Shown here: piece after piece, positions 1 through 9,205 of the stretch
Position numbering within the stretch: position 1 is the stretch's first letter
How the letters are laid out: every line of letters begins with the position of its first letter
From: an uncultured Chlorobiota bacterium
Lineage (GTDB): Bacteria > Bacteroidota > Bacteroidia > Bacteroidales > JAADGE01
Assembly (NCBI GenBank): GCA_947311445.1
Contig: CAMZKV010000018.1
Location: 89-64,088, forward strand
DNA: 64,000 bases
Direction: 5' to 3'
Program-made: the position numbers and the translations under genes
The notes under the pieces: model-generated
Told to the model about the DNA's origin: nothing
Databases searched by the model: none
The model's input: the letters and a program-made list of their open reading frames with translations, nothing else

Positions 1-2
1 CT

Positions 3-1997
3 TTGGATGAAGTTCAAATTTCCGAAATAAAATCACTTCAAGAAAAATACGAAGAACTTGAAAAAAGAAGAGAAAGTATTCTTACAGCAATTGAAAAACA
101 AGGAAAACTAACAGAAGAACTTAAAAAACAAATTGAAGCAACTTACGATTTAATAGAATTAGAAGATTTATACCTTCCATACAAAATAAAACGAAAAACC
201 AGAGCTGTAAAAGCAAAAGAAAAAGGCTTAGAACCTCTTGCGAAAATAATTTTTAAACAAAACATTAAAGATGTTGAAAACGAAGCACTAAAATATTTGA
301 ATGATGAAGTTGAAACAATTGAAGATGCCCTGCAAGGAGCAAGAGATATTATTGCAGAAGAAATAAATGAGAACAAAAAAGTTAGAAATGCAGTAAGGCG
401 AGAATTCAAATACACTGCAACCGTTAAAGCATCTGTTGTAAAAACTAAAAAAGAGGAAGCAATAAAATTTAAAGATTATTTTGATTTTCAGGAAAGTCTT
501 AAAAAAATACCTTCTCACAGGCTATTAGCAGTTTTTAGAGGTGTAAATGAAGGATTTTTAAGAGTGAAAATTCATCCTAATGAAGAAAATGTTTTAGAAA
601 AACTTGACAAAATATTGCTGAAAGGAAACGGAAATGCAAGTGCACAAGTTCAAGATGCTATTGATGATGCATATAAAAGACTACTTCTTCCTTCAATAGA
701 AAATGAATTTACAAAATTAGCAAAAGAAAAAGCCGACCAAGAAGCAATTAAAGTTTTTGCCGATAATTTAAGACAACTTTTACTTTCTGCTCCTTTGGGT
801 GAAAAACGCATTCTCGCTATTGACCCTGCATTCCGAACAGGCTGCAAAATTGTTTGTTTAGATGAAAACGGAAACCTTTTACATAATGATGTAATTTACC
901 CACACCCCCCGCAAAAAGATACTTTTAAATCGGCAAGTTTAGTTTCAGAACTCACAAGTAAATACAATATTGAAGCAATTGCAATTGGAAACGGAACAGC
1001 AAGTAGAGAAACGGAACAGTTTGTTAAACAGAAGGTTAGATTTGAAAGAGATGTTGATGTTTTTGTAGTTAGTGAAGACGGAGCATCGGTTTATTCAGCA
1101 TCAAAAATTGCAAGAGATGAATTCCCTAACTTTGATGTAACAGTGCGTGGAGCAGTTTCAATTGGCAGGCGTTTGGCTGACCCATTGGCAGAACTTGTAA
1201 AAATAGACCCAAAATCAATAGGAGTAGGACAATACCAACACGATGTTGACCAAAAAGAACTTCAAAAAAGCCTTGATACTGTTGTTGAAAGTTGCGTAAA
1301 TGCAGTAGGAATTGATATTAACACAGCAAGCAAACAATTGCTAACTTATGTTTCTGGCTTAGGCGAAGGATTGGCTCAAAACATTGTAGATTATAGAAAA
1401 GAAAATGGAGCTTTTAAATCTCGTAAAGAAATTTCAAAAGTAAAAAGACTTGGAAATAAGGCTTTTGAGCAATCAGCTGGTTTTTTAAGAATAAGAAACG
1501 CAAAAAATCCTTTGGATAATTCAGCAGTTCATCCTGAGGCATACCATATTGTTCAGAAAATGGCAAAAAATATGGGTGTAAGTATTAATGAATTTATAAA
1601 AGATGCTGAACTTAGAAAAAAAATAAAATTACAAAATTACCTTACAGACAAAATAGGTTTGCCAACTTTAACCGACATAATGAAGGAGCTCGAAAAGCCC
1701 GGCAGAGACCCACGTGAAAAAGCAAAAGTTTTTGAATTTGCACAAAATGTAACTTCCGTAGATGATTTGCATGAAGGAATGATACTTCCGGGTATTGTTA
1801 CAAATATTACAAATTTTGGTGCTTTTGTTGATGTTGGAGTTAAGCAAGACGGACTTGTACACATTTCGCACCTTAAAAATGCTTATGTTAAAAATCCGGC
1901 AGATGTTGTTAAACTTCATCAGCACGTTAAAGTTAAAGTTTTAAGTATAGATTTAGTTAGAAAACGTTTGGCTTTAAGTATGAAAGAGGCAGAATAA
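3..1997 (+). CDS. tex: Transcription accessory protein Tex (S1 RNA-binding domain protein), 5' partial
   Basis: The ORF is open to the window edge with no start codon. It shows YqgF/RuvC-like region ILAIDPAFRTGCKIVCLDENG, helix-hairpin-helix region GIDINTASKQLLTYVSGLGEGLAQNIVDYR, and C-terminal S1 domain GMILPGIVTNITNFGAFVDVGVKQDGLVHIS. Confidence 0.85.
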   Translation: MDEVQISEIKSLQEKYEELEKRRESILTAIEKQGKLTEELKKQIEATYDLIELEDLYLPYKIKRKTRAVKAKEKGLEPLAKIIFKQNIKDVENEALKYLNDEVETIEDALQGARDIIAEEINENKKVRNAVRREFKYTATVKASVVKTKKEEAIKFKDYFDFQESLKKIPSHRLLAVFRGVNEGFLRVKIHPNEENVLEKLDKILLKGNGNASAQVQDAIDDAYKRLLLPSIENEFTKLAKEKADQEAIKVFADNLRQLLLSAPLGEKRILAIDPAFRTGCKIVCLDENGNLLHNDVIYPHPPQKDTFKSASLVSELTSKYNIEAIAIGNGTASRETEQFVKQKVRFERDVDVFVVSEDGASVYSASKIARDEFPNFDVTVRGAVSIGRRLADPLAELVKIDPKSIGVGQYQHDVDQKELQKSLDTVVESCVNAVGIDINTASKQLLTYVSGLGEGLAQNIVDYRKENGAFKSRKEISKVKRLGNKAFEQSAGFLRIRNAKNPLDNSAVHPEAYHIVQKMAKNMGVSINEFIKDAELRKKIKLQNYLTDKIGLPTLTDIMKELEKPGRDPREKAKVFEFAQNVTSVDDLHEGMILPGIVTNITNFGAFVDVGVKQDGLVHISHLKNAYVKNPADVVKLHQHVKVKVLSIDLVRKRLALSMKEAE

Positions 1998-2036
1998 ATC
2001 AATAAGTTATGTTTACAAAAAAAATTAAGCAATTAA

Positions 2037-2654
2037 ATGCAACACATAACCATTTACTATAACACCCGAAGAATAATCTTGTGGCAAAAAACCGAAGAAT
2101 TAGAAATTAAGGTTGAAAATCTTGAAATAGATGAGCCATTTTTGCATAAATGTACAGATAGGATGAACAATATTTTAAATATTTTCTTTAAAAATGAGAA
2201 TATGCAAGAAATTAGTTTTGAACATTACGATTTGAATAAATTGCTCAACGATTTTAAAACTTATTTTAAATATATTGAAGCAGCAGGAGGATTAGTAAGA
2301 AATAAACAAAATGAATTACTTATAATTCACCGTTTTGGAATACCGGATTTGCCAAAAGGGAAAATTGAAAAAAATGAAAGCCCACAAAAAGCTGCATTAA
2401 GAGAAGTTGAAGAAGAATGCGGAATAAGTACTCTTGAAATTGTTGGAAAAGCAAAATCATCATACCATATTTATATTCATAAAAGTAAAACAATTTTAAA
2501 AAAAACACACTGGTTCTACATGAAATACAAAGACAATGAAAAATTAATTCCTCAAACAGAAGAAGATATAAGTCTGGTAGAATGGTGTAATTATGAGAAA
2601 ATAATGAAATATAAGAAGGAAACATACTTGAGCTTAAAATCTTATCTTCTTTAA
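2037..2654 (+). CDS. NUDIX hydrolase with an N-terminal extension of about 90 aa
   Basis: A complete Nudix box is present: GKIEKNESPQKAALREVEEECGI fits GX5EX7REUXEEXGU. The exact start is uncertain. Confidence 0.75.
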   Translation: MQHITIYYNTRRIILWQKTEELEIKVENLEIDEPFLHKCTDRMNNILNIFFKNENMQEISFEHYDLNKLLNDFKTYFKYIEAAGGLVRNKQNELLIIHRFGIPDLPKGKIEKNESPQKAALREVEEECGISTLEIVGKAKSSYHIYIHKSKTILKKTHWFYMKYKDNEKLIPQTEEDISLVEWCNYEKIMKYKKETYLSLKSYLL

Positions 2655-2759
2655 ATACTTGTATTTTGTACTAATGTTTTCAAATTTATTACAAAATGAA
2701 AAATTATTATAGTTATCATTTTTTTATATCTTTGAAATTGTGAGTGTTTTGCAAGAACT

Positions 2760-3317
2760 ATGAAAAAGAGTTACGACAAAGATATTACTATTTTTAATAA
2801 CATTAAAAGCAATAATCAAAAAGCTTTAAATGAACTGTTTAATAAATATTACCATGTTCTTTGTGAATACTCATTTTTGATTACAAATGATAAAGCAGGC
2901 TCTGAAGAAATTGTTGCTGATATTTTTGCGAATATTTGGATTAATAGAGATAAAATATATATAAAAAAGAATGTAAGAGCATATCTTTTCAAGAGTACAA
3001 AAAATTTAGCAATCTCTTACCTTAGAAAAAATAAAAATATTTTTGAGAAAATAGAAGAAGAAAATCTCATTAATACAAATAGTAATTCTCCCGACCAATA
3101 TATTATTAATAGAGAAAAGCAACTAAAAATAAAAGATATTTTGGATATTATTCCTAAAAGGAGCAGAGAAATATTTATTCTTCACCGTTTTAGTGGTCTA
3201 AAATATCAGGATATTGCAGAAACATTAGATATTTCAGTGAAAACAGTTGAGAAACACATATCAAAGGCATTAAGAGTATTGCGAGAAACTTTTCAAGATA
3301 AATCTCAAATAATTTAA
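2760..3317 (+). CDS. RNA polymerase sigma-70 factor, ECF subfamily
   Basis: 185 aa. Region 2-like EEIVADIFANIW and region 4 HTH YQDIAETLDISVKTVEKHISKALRVLR. Size and layout are typical of Bacteroidota ECF sigmas. Confidence 0.85.
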   Translation: MKKSYDKDITIFNNIKSNNQKALNELFNKYYHVLCEYSFLITNDKAGSEEIVADIFANIWINRDKIYIKKNVRAYLFKSTKNLAISYLRKNKNIFEKIEEENLINTNSNSPDQYIINREKQLKIKDILDIIPKRSREIFILHRFSGLKYQDIAETLDISVKTVEKHISKALRVLRETFQDKSQII

Positions 3318-3333
3318 TATTTTTAACCCAACA

Positions 3334-3365
3334 AAAAAAGAGAAAGCAGTTAACTTTCTCTTTTA
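3334..3365. terminator. Bidirectional intrinsic terminator between convergent genes
   Basis: aaaaaagAGAGAAAGcagttaaCTTTCTCTtttt: an 8-bp stem flanked by an A-run and a T-run. It lies between the sigma factor stop and the stop of the 153-aa minus-strand gene. Confidence 0.5.
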
Positions 3366-3384
3366 TATATATTTTTTAAATATA

Positions 3385-3846
3385 TTACTGATTTTTTCCA
3401 ACAAAAGATAGGATGCCTACTGCACAAGTTTTACTTCTGCCTTTCCCAGGTTTAAATCTTATAGAAACATAGTAAACTCCGGATCTTTTACAAATAAAGT
3501 CAAACTTATCGGTATTACTTTTTTCAGTTGAGTTCCATGGTTTTGTCTCTGGATGTCTGCTGTCAAAAAGAGTTAATTTTACATCATTTCTACTTTTTAT
3601 AGGAGTACATAATATAAAACGATATCTAGTTCCTCTGTTTAAAACAACAGGCCATTTTGTTCCGTTAATACTTCTACTTGATCTTACAGCCCTTAATTTT
3701 GTATTAAAGTCTCGAAGATAGATAGCATTACCACCTTGTCTTGCACATTTATATACTCTTTGCTGCTTACATTGTGCTTTTGTTTCTTCTTGCGGTGCAA
3801 AGATAAATAAACTTGTTATTGCTATAAGAATTGCTATTTTCTTCAT
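3385..3846 (-). CDS. Secreted cysteine-containing hypothetical protein (153 aa)
   Basis: N-terminal signal peptide MKKIAILIAITSLFIFAPQEETKAQ and six Cys residues. Its ATG overlaps the stop of the upstream gene by 1 nt (TAATG on the coding strand). I did not recognise a family. Confidence 0.6.
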   Translation of the reverse strand: MKKIAILIAITSLFIFAPQEETKAQCKQQRVYKCARQGGNAIYLRDFNTKLRAVRSSRSINGTKWPVVLNRGTRYRFILCTPIKSRNDVKLTLFDSRHPETKPWNSTEKSNTDKFDFICKRSGVYYVSIRFKPGKGRSKTCAVGILSFVGKNQ

Positions 3847-4742
3847 TATAGTGAGATTAAATTGTTACGAATTTTAATTATTTTATTTGAAATTTTATCT
3901 AAATCTTCTTGTGTGTATTCTATTGTTGTGTGTTCTCCCGGAATTAATAACGTTATATCTCCCTCTTTTATTATTTCATCTTCTCCGTCAATTATTTCAA
4001 TTTTAACATTGTCATACAATGTTGCTAATTCATGAAACTGCTTGTTCATTCCATCGAAACGTGCTTTTTCATTAAACATATCCAATACCTCTAATAGTTC
4101 TTTCAAAATATCTTTTTGTCCTACTATTATCTCTTCGGTTTTTTTATCGCTTTTAAATTGATTAACTTTTGCAGCGAGATATTGTCCTTCTAACCAAACC
4201 CCCGTAATCATTAATGCACTAAGATCACTTCTTCTTGTTTCTCTAAGGTGTGCATCCATATCATGATAGCTGGTAACAGAAAGATACATAAGTTTCTGCA
4301 TATCCGTGCTGTTGGTTGCTAATCTTTTAAGAGTCTGAAAATCAAAGAATTGGTCAACGTCTAGTGCATCTGCAATTCTTTTAATTGATGTTAAATATTC
4401 AACAATTGCATTTTTTCTTTTGTAAACATTTAAATATCCTAAGTCGGCACTTAACATTCCAAGCCCAAGTGCTTTTTCAAAATTTGCATCAAAGTCTCCT
4501 GCTGTTTCTGTTGGTACTAAATTCTTTTTTGAATATGGTACCTTTAAATCTTCAATTGTTGCTGCCATTTCAATTGGAGATGGGAACATTTCAATTAAAG
4601 CATTAATCTTTTCAGGATCAATTTCAACTCTGTTTATTTCTTCATTTGCATCAGGTCCGTCAATAACATCGCTACTGTCATCACCTCCGCAAGAACTAAA
4701 TATTGCAATTATCGAAAGTAAAAAAAATATCTTTTTTACCAT
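3846..4742 (-). CDS. Hypothetical lipoprotein (298 aa)
   Basis: Lipoprotein signal with lipobox Cys (LLSIIAIFSSCGGDD). The rest looks largely helical. I did not recognise a family. Confidence 0.65.
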   Translation of the reverse strand: MVKKIFFLLSIIAIFSSCGGDDSSDVIDGPDANEEINRVEIDPEKINALIEMFPSPIEMAATIEDLKVPYSKKNLVPTETAGDFDANFEKALGLGMLSADLGYLNVYKRKNAIVEYLTSIKRIADALDVDQFFDFQTLKRLATNSTDMQKLMYLSVTSYHDMDAHLRETRRSDLSALMITGVWLEGQYLAAKVNQFKSDKKTEEIIVGQKDILKELLEVLDMFNEKARFDGMNKQFHELATLYDNVKIEIIDGEDEIIKEGDITLLIPGEHTTIEYTQEDLDKISNKIIKIRNNLISL

Positions 4743-4863
4743 AATTATTTTATTTTCATGCTTAATAATTATCCAAAAGTATTAAAAAAAAAAATATCTA
4801 AAAAATATACTTGAATATTTTTACATTTTTATTTTATTAATCGTCAATACTTAAACTTTTATT

Positions 4864-7800
4864 TTACTTCTTTTTAAAACTTATATTTCCAAAAAAGTCA
4901 ATAAGTTTTCGCAAATGATCGTAATATAAAGGTATGTATAATAACAATGACATTGCCCAAATAAATAGGACATTGAACCAAAAAGTACCATAGAACTTAC
5001 CCATAAAATATTTATTTGGCGAATAAAAATGTGCTCTTATACCAATAAAGTTTGTAGCGTCTGGTTCTAAATAAATAGGTTCTTCTTGTCTTATTAATTT
5101 GTCTTTAAATCTTAGAATTTTATTTTTTTCATATATATTTCTTACAATATCGTCTAAATGTTCATTATGGAATTTGTTTCTAAATTGAACATAATAGTTT
5201 GGCTTTCTTTTGTCTTGAAATTCAATAAGTTCTTCTTTAAGTTCATTTGCACTTGAATATATTGCCAAATAAAACTTTTTCCATATTTCTAATTTGTCTA
5301 ATAAAATATAGCCATGTTCTTCAATATCATAATCTTTTATATTCAAAGAATTAATAAGATTTTCAGGAATAACTAGGGAGTCTTTTAATGTTGCATTATC
5401 GGCTTTTAGTACATCAAAATTATTATAATAGACATCAAAAGGAATTTGTTTTACTCCCTGTCCTGTTTTATATTTTTTTAATGTTTTTATTATTTTAAAG
5501 ATTTCTTTATTTTCTTTTGAAATTTCGTTTCTTAAAAGAGCAAGTTCCATTTTTTGAATTTCAATAATGGAGTCTTTGTCTCCAACTTTATCATTAATTT
5601 CATCTTGTAATATTTCAAAAGATTCAATGCTTTCGGATAGTTTTGGAATAAGTTTATCTTGTTTAAAGTTTGCAGTGCTTTTTATTTGATTATATATGAA
5701 GTATTGTTTTTCAAATTTGTTTTCTTTAAATTGCTCTACCATTAATGCTTCGTATGCCCATCTGGAAACCATAACATCTGCAATAAGCGGAACTTTATCC
5801 ACACTGCCAATTAGTCTGTTTAGTTTGTTAAAGCTGAACATTGCTCCCCCGAGTGCCATTTGAGGAATCATTAATAATGGTATTAAAATGTATATTGTTA
5901 CTGCGGAATTAAATGCTGATGAAATGTTTAATCCCATAAAATTGGCAAATACAAAGGTTGAAAATAAAACTATCCAATATTCAAAATACATTCCTTGAAT
6001 TCCTAAAATTGAGTTTCCTATTAAAACAAAAAGTATTGCTTGTATAGCTGACAATGATGTTAATATAATGATTTTTGCAGTTAAATAAGAGGAACGACTT
6101 AGGTGTAGGAACTTTTCTCGTTTTAGAATTTTTCTGTCTCTGAAAATTTCTTCTGCACTTACTGTAAGTCCAAGGAAAAGTGCAACTACAATACTCATAA
6201 AAATGTATGGTGGAATGTTTTCATTGTCAAAAAAGACATATGTTGATGATGTGGGGTCTGCAATATATCTAATTAAAAATGCTAAGATAAATCCAAGTAG
6301 TGGTGCTTCTAGTAAGTTAAGAACTATGTATTGTGTATTACTAATTTTTGAGAGTAAATCTCTTGTTAGGAATATTTTAAATTGATTAAACCAGCCTGGT
6401 ATGTTCAAATCTGCTGGTGGCTCATCGTTTATTTCTTCAATTTCTTCTTTCGCAACTTTTTCTTGATAGTGTTTTTCCCATTCAATAGCCGATATTTTTC
6501 GCTTATCTGTATATTTTCCAAATTCATCTACAACTTCTGCTTCAATAATGTCAAAAATTAATTCAGGAGTAACATTACCACATACACCACATTCTCCAAC
6601 CTCAGAATTTATTTGGTTGTCAATAGTTTTAAAATGTATAACAGCATCAACCGGATTTCCATAATATACCATATATCCACCAGTATCTAGAATTAGCATT
6701 CTGTCAAACATTTTATAAATGTCTGATGATGGTTGGTGTATTACTACAAAAATAAGTTTGCCTTTTAGTGTTAATTCACTTAAAAGTTCCATAACATTTT
6801 CAGAATCTCTTGATGATAATCCCGAGGTAGGCTCATCTACAAAAAGAATTGATGGTTCTCTTATTAGTTCAAGTGCAATATTTAGTCTTTTTCGTTGTCC
6901 TCCGCTGATTGTTTTGTTCATCGGATTACCAACTTTAAGATCTTTTTTTTCGTAAAGACCAAGGTCTTTTAGTGTTTTATGTACTAGTTTTACAAGTTCA
7001 TCTTCTTTTTTGTTTTTAAAACAAAGTTTTGCATTATAGTATAGGTTCTGGAAAACTGTAAGTTCTTCAATAAGTAGGTCGTCTTGCGGAATGTATCCTA
7101 TAACTCCTTCTATTTTGTCTTTATCATGGTGTAAATCAATTCCGTTAATTTTTACACTTCCTTCGGAGGGTGTTGTAATTCCTGAAAGTGTGTTAACCAT
7201 TGTGGTTTTTCCGGAGCCGCTTGCTCCCATAATTCCAACTAATTTTCCATGGCTAACAGAGAAACTAATACCTCTTATACCAATATCTCCGGTTTTAAAT
7301 TTGTATTGGAGATTTGTAACTTTAAATGAGAGATTTGAGATTTTTAAATCTTTCATAAAAGTTGCAACTACATCACTATAGTGTATTGGTTTTCCTTTTG
7401 GTAGTTTTAGTATACTTCCGGGAGCAAATGGGTAAATGCGATTATTATATACTGTTGTGCTGTTTAGGAAAACATCTTGTTTTCCTGTATATTTTAGAAA
7501 GAACAAGTCTGCACTTTTTAAATGTAAAATTATTACACTTCCATGAAGGCTTTCTGAATTTATATGTTGTGCTTTAAGTTGGAGGTGTTCTCTGTCATGT
7601 ATTGTTAAAATAAATTCAGAATCTAAGTCTCTGTAATCGTCTTTTATAACAAAGTTTTCAATTTCTTTGTATTCTTCTTTTTTTATATGGAAAGCATCAG
7701 AAATAACAAAAATAATTTCCATACGTTGTTCGGTAAGTTTCTTTTCTGCATTTACTAATTCGAAAAGACGTGCTAAAACAATTACTTTTTGTTTATGGCT

Positions 7801-8118
7801 TAGGGTTTTGTTAATTTTTCTACAAATTCCTATAACTCTAACAGAATCAAGTACATTAACTTGTCCTTCTTCTGCTCCTCTTCTTACTTCTTTATCTCCT
7901 TGTTTTGCTTCTCTTTTCTTTTTAGCTCTTTGTTTCTTTTTTTCCTCTTTTGCAATATGATTAATGAACAAATCCATATATTCACTCACTTGAGATTTAC
8001 TCAATTGAGATTCGAGAAAAGTTTTAACAAACTTTTCCTCTTGCTCTACAACTCCTTCGTCTTGTTTTGCTATAATTGCAAAAAGTTGCATTAATGCTTT
8101 TAGTATTTGTTCACTCAT
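4864..8118 (-). CDS. Fused ABC transporter ATP-binding/permease protein (ABCG/ABC-2 type) with TerB-like N-terminus and C-terminal extension
   Basis: Walker A GASGSGKTT, signature ISGGQRKRLNIALELI, Walker B ILFVDEPTSGLS, H-loop VIHQPS, then multiple TM helices (ABC-2 membrane type). The N-terminus resembles TerB/DjlA-N (ILKALMQLFAIIAKQDEGVVEQEEKFV ... KQKVIVLARLFELVNAEKKLTEQRMEIIFVISDAF). Confidence 0.85.
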   Translation of the reverse strand: MSEQILKALMQLFAIIAKQDEGVVEQEEKFVKTFLESQLSKSQVSEYMDLFINHIAKEEKKKQRAKKKREAKQGDKEVRRGAEEGQVNVLDSVRVIGICRKINKTLSHKQKVIVLARLFELVNAEKKLTEQRMEIIFVISDAFHIKKEEYKEIENFVIKDDYRDLDSEFILTIHDREHLQLKAQHINSESLHGSVIILHLKSADLFFLKYTGKQDVFLNSTTVYNNRIYPFAPGSILKLPKGKPIHYSDVVATFMKDLKISNLSFKVTNLQYKFKTGDIGIRGISFSVSHGKLVGIMGASGSGKTTMVNTLSGITTPSEGSVKINGIDLHHDKDKIEGVIGYIPQDDLLIEELTVFQNLYYNAKLCFKNKKEDELVKLVHKTLKDLGLYEKKDLKVGNPMNKTISGGQRKRLNIALELIREPSILFVDEPTSGLSSRDSENVMELLSELTLKGKLIFVVIHQPSSDIYKMFDRMLILDTGGYMVYYGNPVDAVIHFKTIDNQINSEVGECGVCGNVTPELIFDIIEAEVVDEFGKYTDKRKISAIEWEKHYQEKVAKEEIEEINDEPPADLNIPGWFNQFKIFLTRDLLSKISNTQYIVLNLLEAPLLGFILAFLIRYIADPTSSTYVFFDNENIPPYIFMSIVVALFLGLTVSAEEIFRDRKILKREKFLHLSRSSYLTAKIIILTSLSAIQAILFVLIGNSILGIQGMYFEYWIVLFSTFVFANFMGLNISSAFNSAVTIYILIPLLMIPQMALGGAMFSFNKLNRLIGSVDKVPLIADVMVSRWAYEALMVEQFKENKFEKQYFIYNQIKSTANFKQDKLIPKLSESIESFEILQDEINDKVGDKDSIIEIQKMELALLRNEISKENKEIFKIIKTLKKYKTGQGVKQIPFDVYYNNFDVLKADNATLKDSLVIPENLINSLNIKDYDIEEHGYILLDKLEIWKKFYLAIYSSANELKEELIEFQDKRKPNYYVQFRNKFHNEHLDDIVRNIYEKNKILRFKDKLIRQEEPIYLEPDATNFIGIRAHFYSPNKYFMGKFYGTFWFNVLFIWAMSLLLYIPLYYDHLRKLIDFFGNISFKKK

Positions 8119-8216
8119 TTGCTATAAATTTAAATAATAAACATTAAAAAGAATTTTTCAAAAACCTAGCCATTGGAATTTGTTAAATTCTTTTTATTTT
8201 TTATTTTAAATTAAAG

Positions 8217-8606
8217 TTAGTCAATTGTGTAGCTTATCTGTTCAAAAGGAACTTCAACAATGTCTTCATATTCTTCTCCTGCCTCTTCCATGTCTTCATC
8301 ATCATCAGGAAAATGCCATCTTACAAGTACATCTTTGCCATCGTCAGCCATATCTTCTAGTTTCAAGAGTATGTCTAATAAAAGTTTTGAAGATGCGGTA
8401 TTAAAATATTCTAACTTAATGTTTAAAATGGTTTTTTCTAATGGAGATTCTGAGTATTCTTCTAGCCATTCTAATATGGGTTCATAAAACGATACAACAT
8501 CTTCGGGAAGAGATCTTCCTGAGATTTCCATAATTGGGTTATCTGGATTTGCATCTAAAATAACTTGTGGAGTATCGTCTGTACCTTCGATTCTTATTAC
8601 TTGCAT
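8217..8606 (-). CDS. SiaC-like regulatory phosphoprotein (DUF1987)
   Basis: 129 aa. The pattern I recall for DUF1987/SiaC is TPQVILDANPDNPIMEISGRSLPED ... FYEPILEWL ... LEYFNTASSK, and this protein matches it. It has an acidic C-terminal tail and sits 9 nt downstream of the SiaB-like gene. Confidence 0.8.
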   Translation of the reverse strand: MQVIRIEGTDDTPQVILDANPDNPIMEISGRSLPEDVVSFYEPILEWLEEYSESPLEKTILNIKLEYFNTASSKLLLDILLKLEDMADDGKDVLVRWHFPDDDEDMEEAGEEYEDIVEVPFEQISYTID

Positions 8607-8615
8607 AATTATTAT

Positions 8616-9194
8616 TTATTTTGTTCTTGAAATTGTAGATGTTAATACAAAGTATGATTTTTTTTCATTAATATCCAAAAAAGAATATATTAATTTTTGT
8701 TCTGTTTTTCTTACAATGTCAATAAAACCTAGTCCTGCACCGCCTTTTTCAGATAGTCGTCCTTTTTTAATTTTTTCTTTATATAATTTTTTTAGAGACA
8801 TTTTACTTCCAGAGTTTATTGCTTCGAGTTTTATTTTTAAGTTGGGAATTTCTTTTTTATTAATAGAGTTTCCTGTTGTTATTGTATATTCATTTTTAGT
8901 TTTACTCATAAAAAATATTCCTTGTCCATCGGTTGGAGAATTTTTGTCAATCTTTTCTTCTGAGTGTTTACCTATGTTTTGCAAAGATTCAATCATAACA
9001 TGAAAAACTCTTCTTTTAAGAGAATTAGATTCATTGTCAATAGCTATATGGCTTTCAGCTAGAGAGCTAAATACTTTTGTTATTTCATGAGAAATTTCAC
9101 CTTCGTAAGCAAAACTGACATTATTATTTTTCATTTTTGTATAAAAGTCATAAACGAAATCAAGGTCAATGTTATTTTTATTTGTATCTGCCAT
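8616..9194 (-). CDS. SiaB-like protein kinase (GHKL/anti-sigma-kinase-like, DUF6272)
   Basis: 192 aa. It has the ATP-lid-like motif EKGGAGLGFIDIVRKT near the C-terminus and the N-box-like motif IESLQNIGKH. It is positioned between the PP2C and DUF1987 genes, as in Sia cassettes. Confidence 0.8.
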   Translation of the reverse strand: MADTNKNNIDLDFVYDFYTKMKNNNVSFAYEGEISHEITKVFSSLAESHIAIDNESNSLKRRVFHVMIESLQNIGKHSEEKIDKNSPTDGQGIFFMSKTKNEYTITTGNSINKKEIPNLKIKLEAINSGSKMSLKKLYKEKIKKGRLSEKGGAGLGFIDIVRKTEQKLIYSFLDINEKKSYFVLTSTISRTK

Positions 9195-9205
9195 GAAACT
9201 TGTTT

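Noticed and set aside
4784-4794. A11 homopolymer (and similar runs near 20408-20419 and 63542-63550) as phase-variation switches
   Set aside because: Long A/T runs are expected in a genome this AT-rich, and none lies inside a coding region. It is mentioned only as a side note in the lipoprotein-pair finding.
5000-7600. Canonical FHA domain call for the beta-rich module of the ABC protein
   Set aside because: I could not identify the conserved FHA Gly-Arg / Ser-x-x-His / Asn-Gly residues with correct spacing. It is kept only as an FHA-like hypothesis in the finding and not annotated as a domain.
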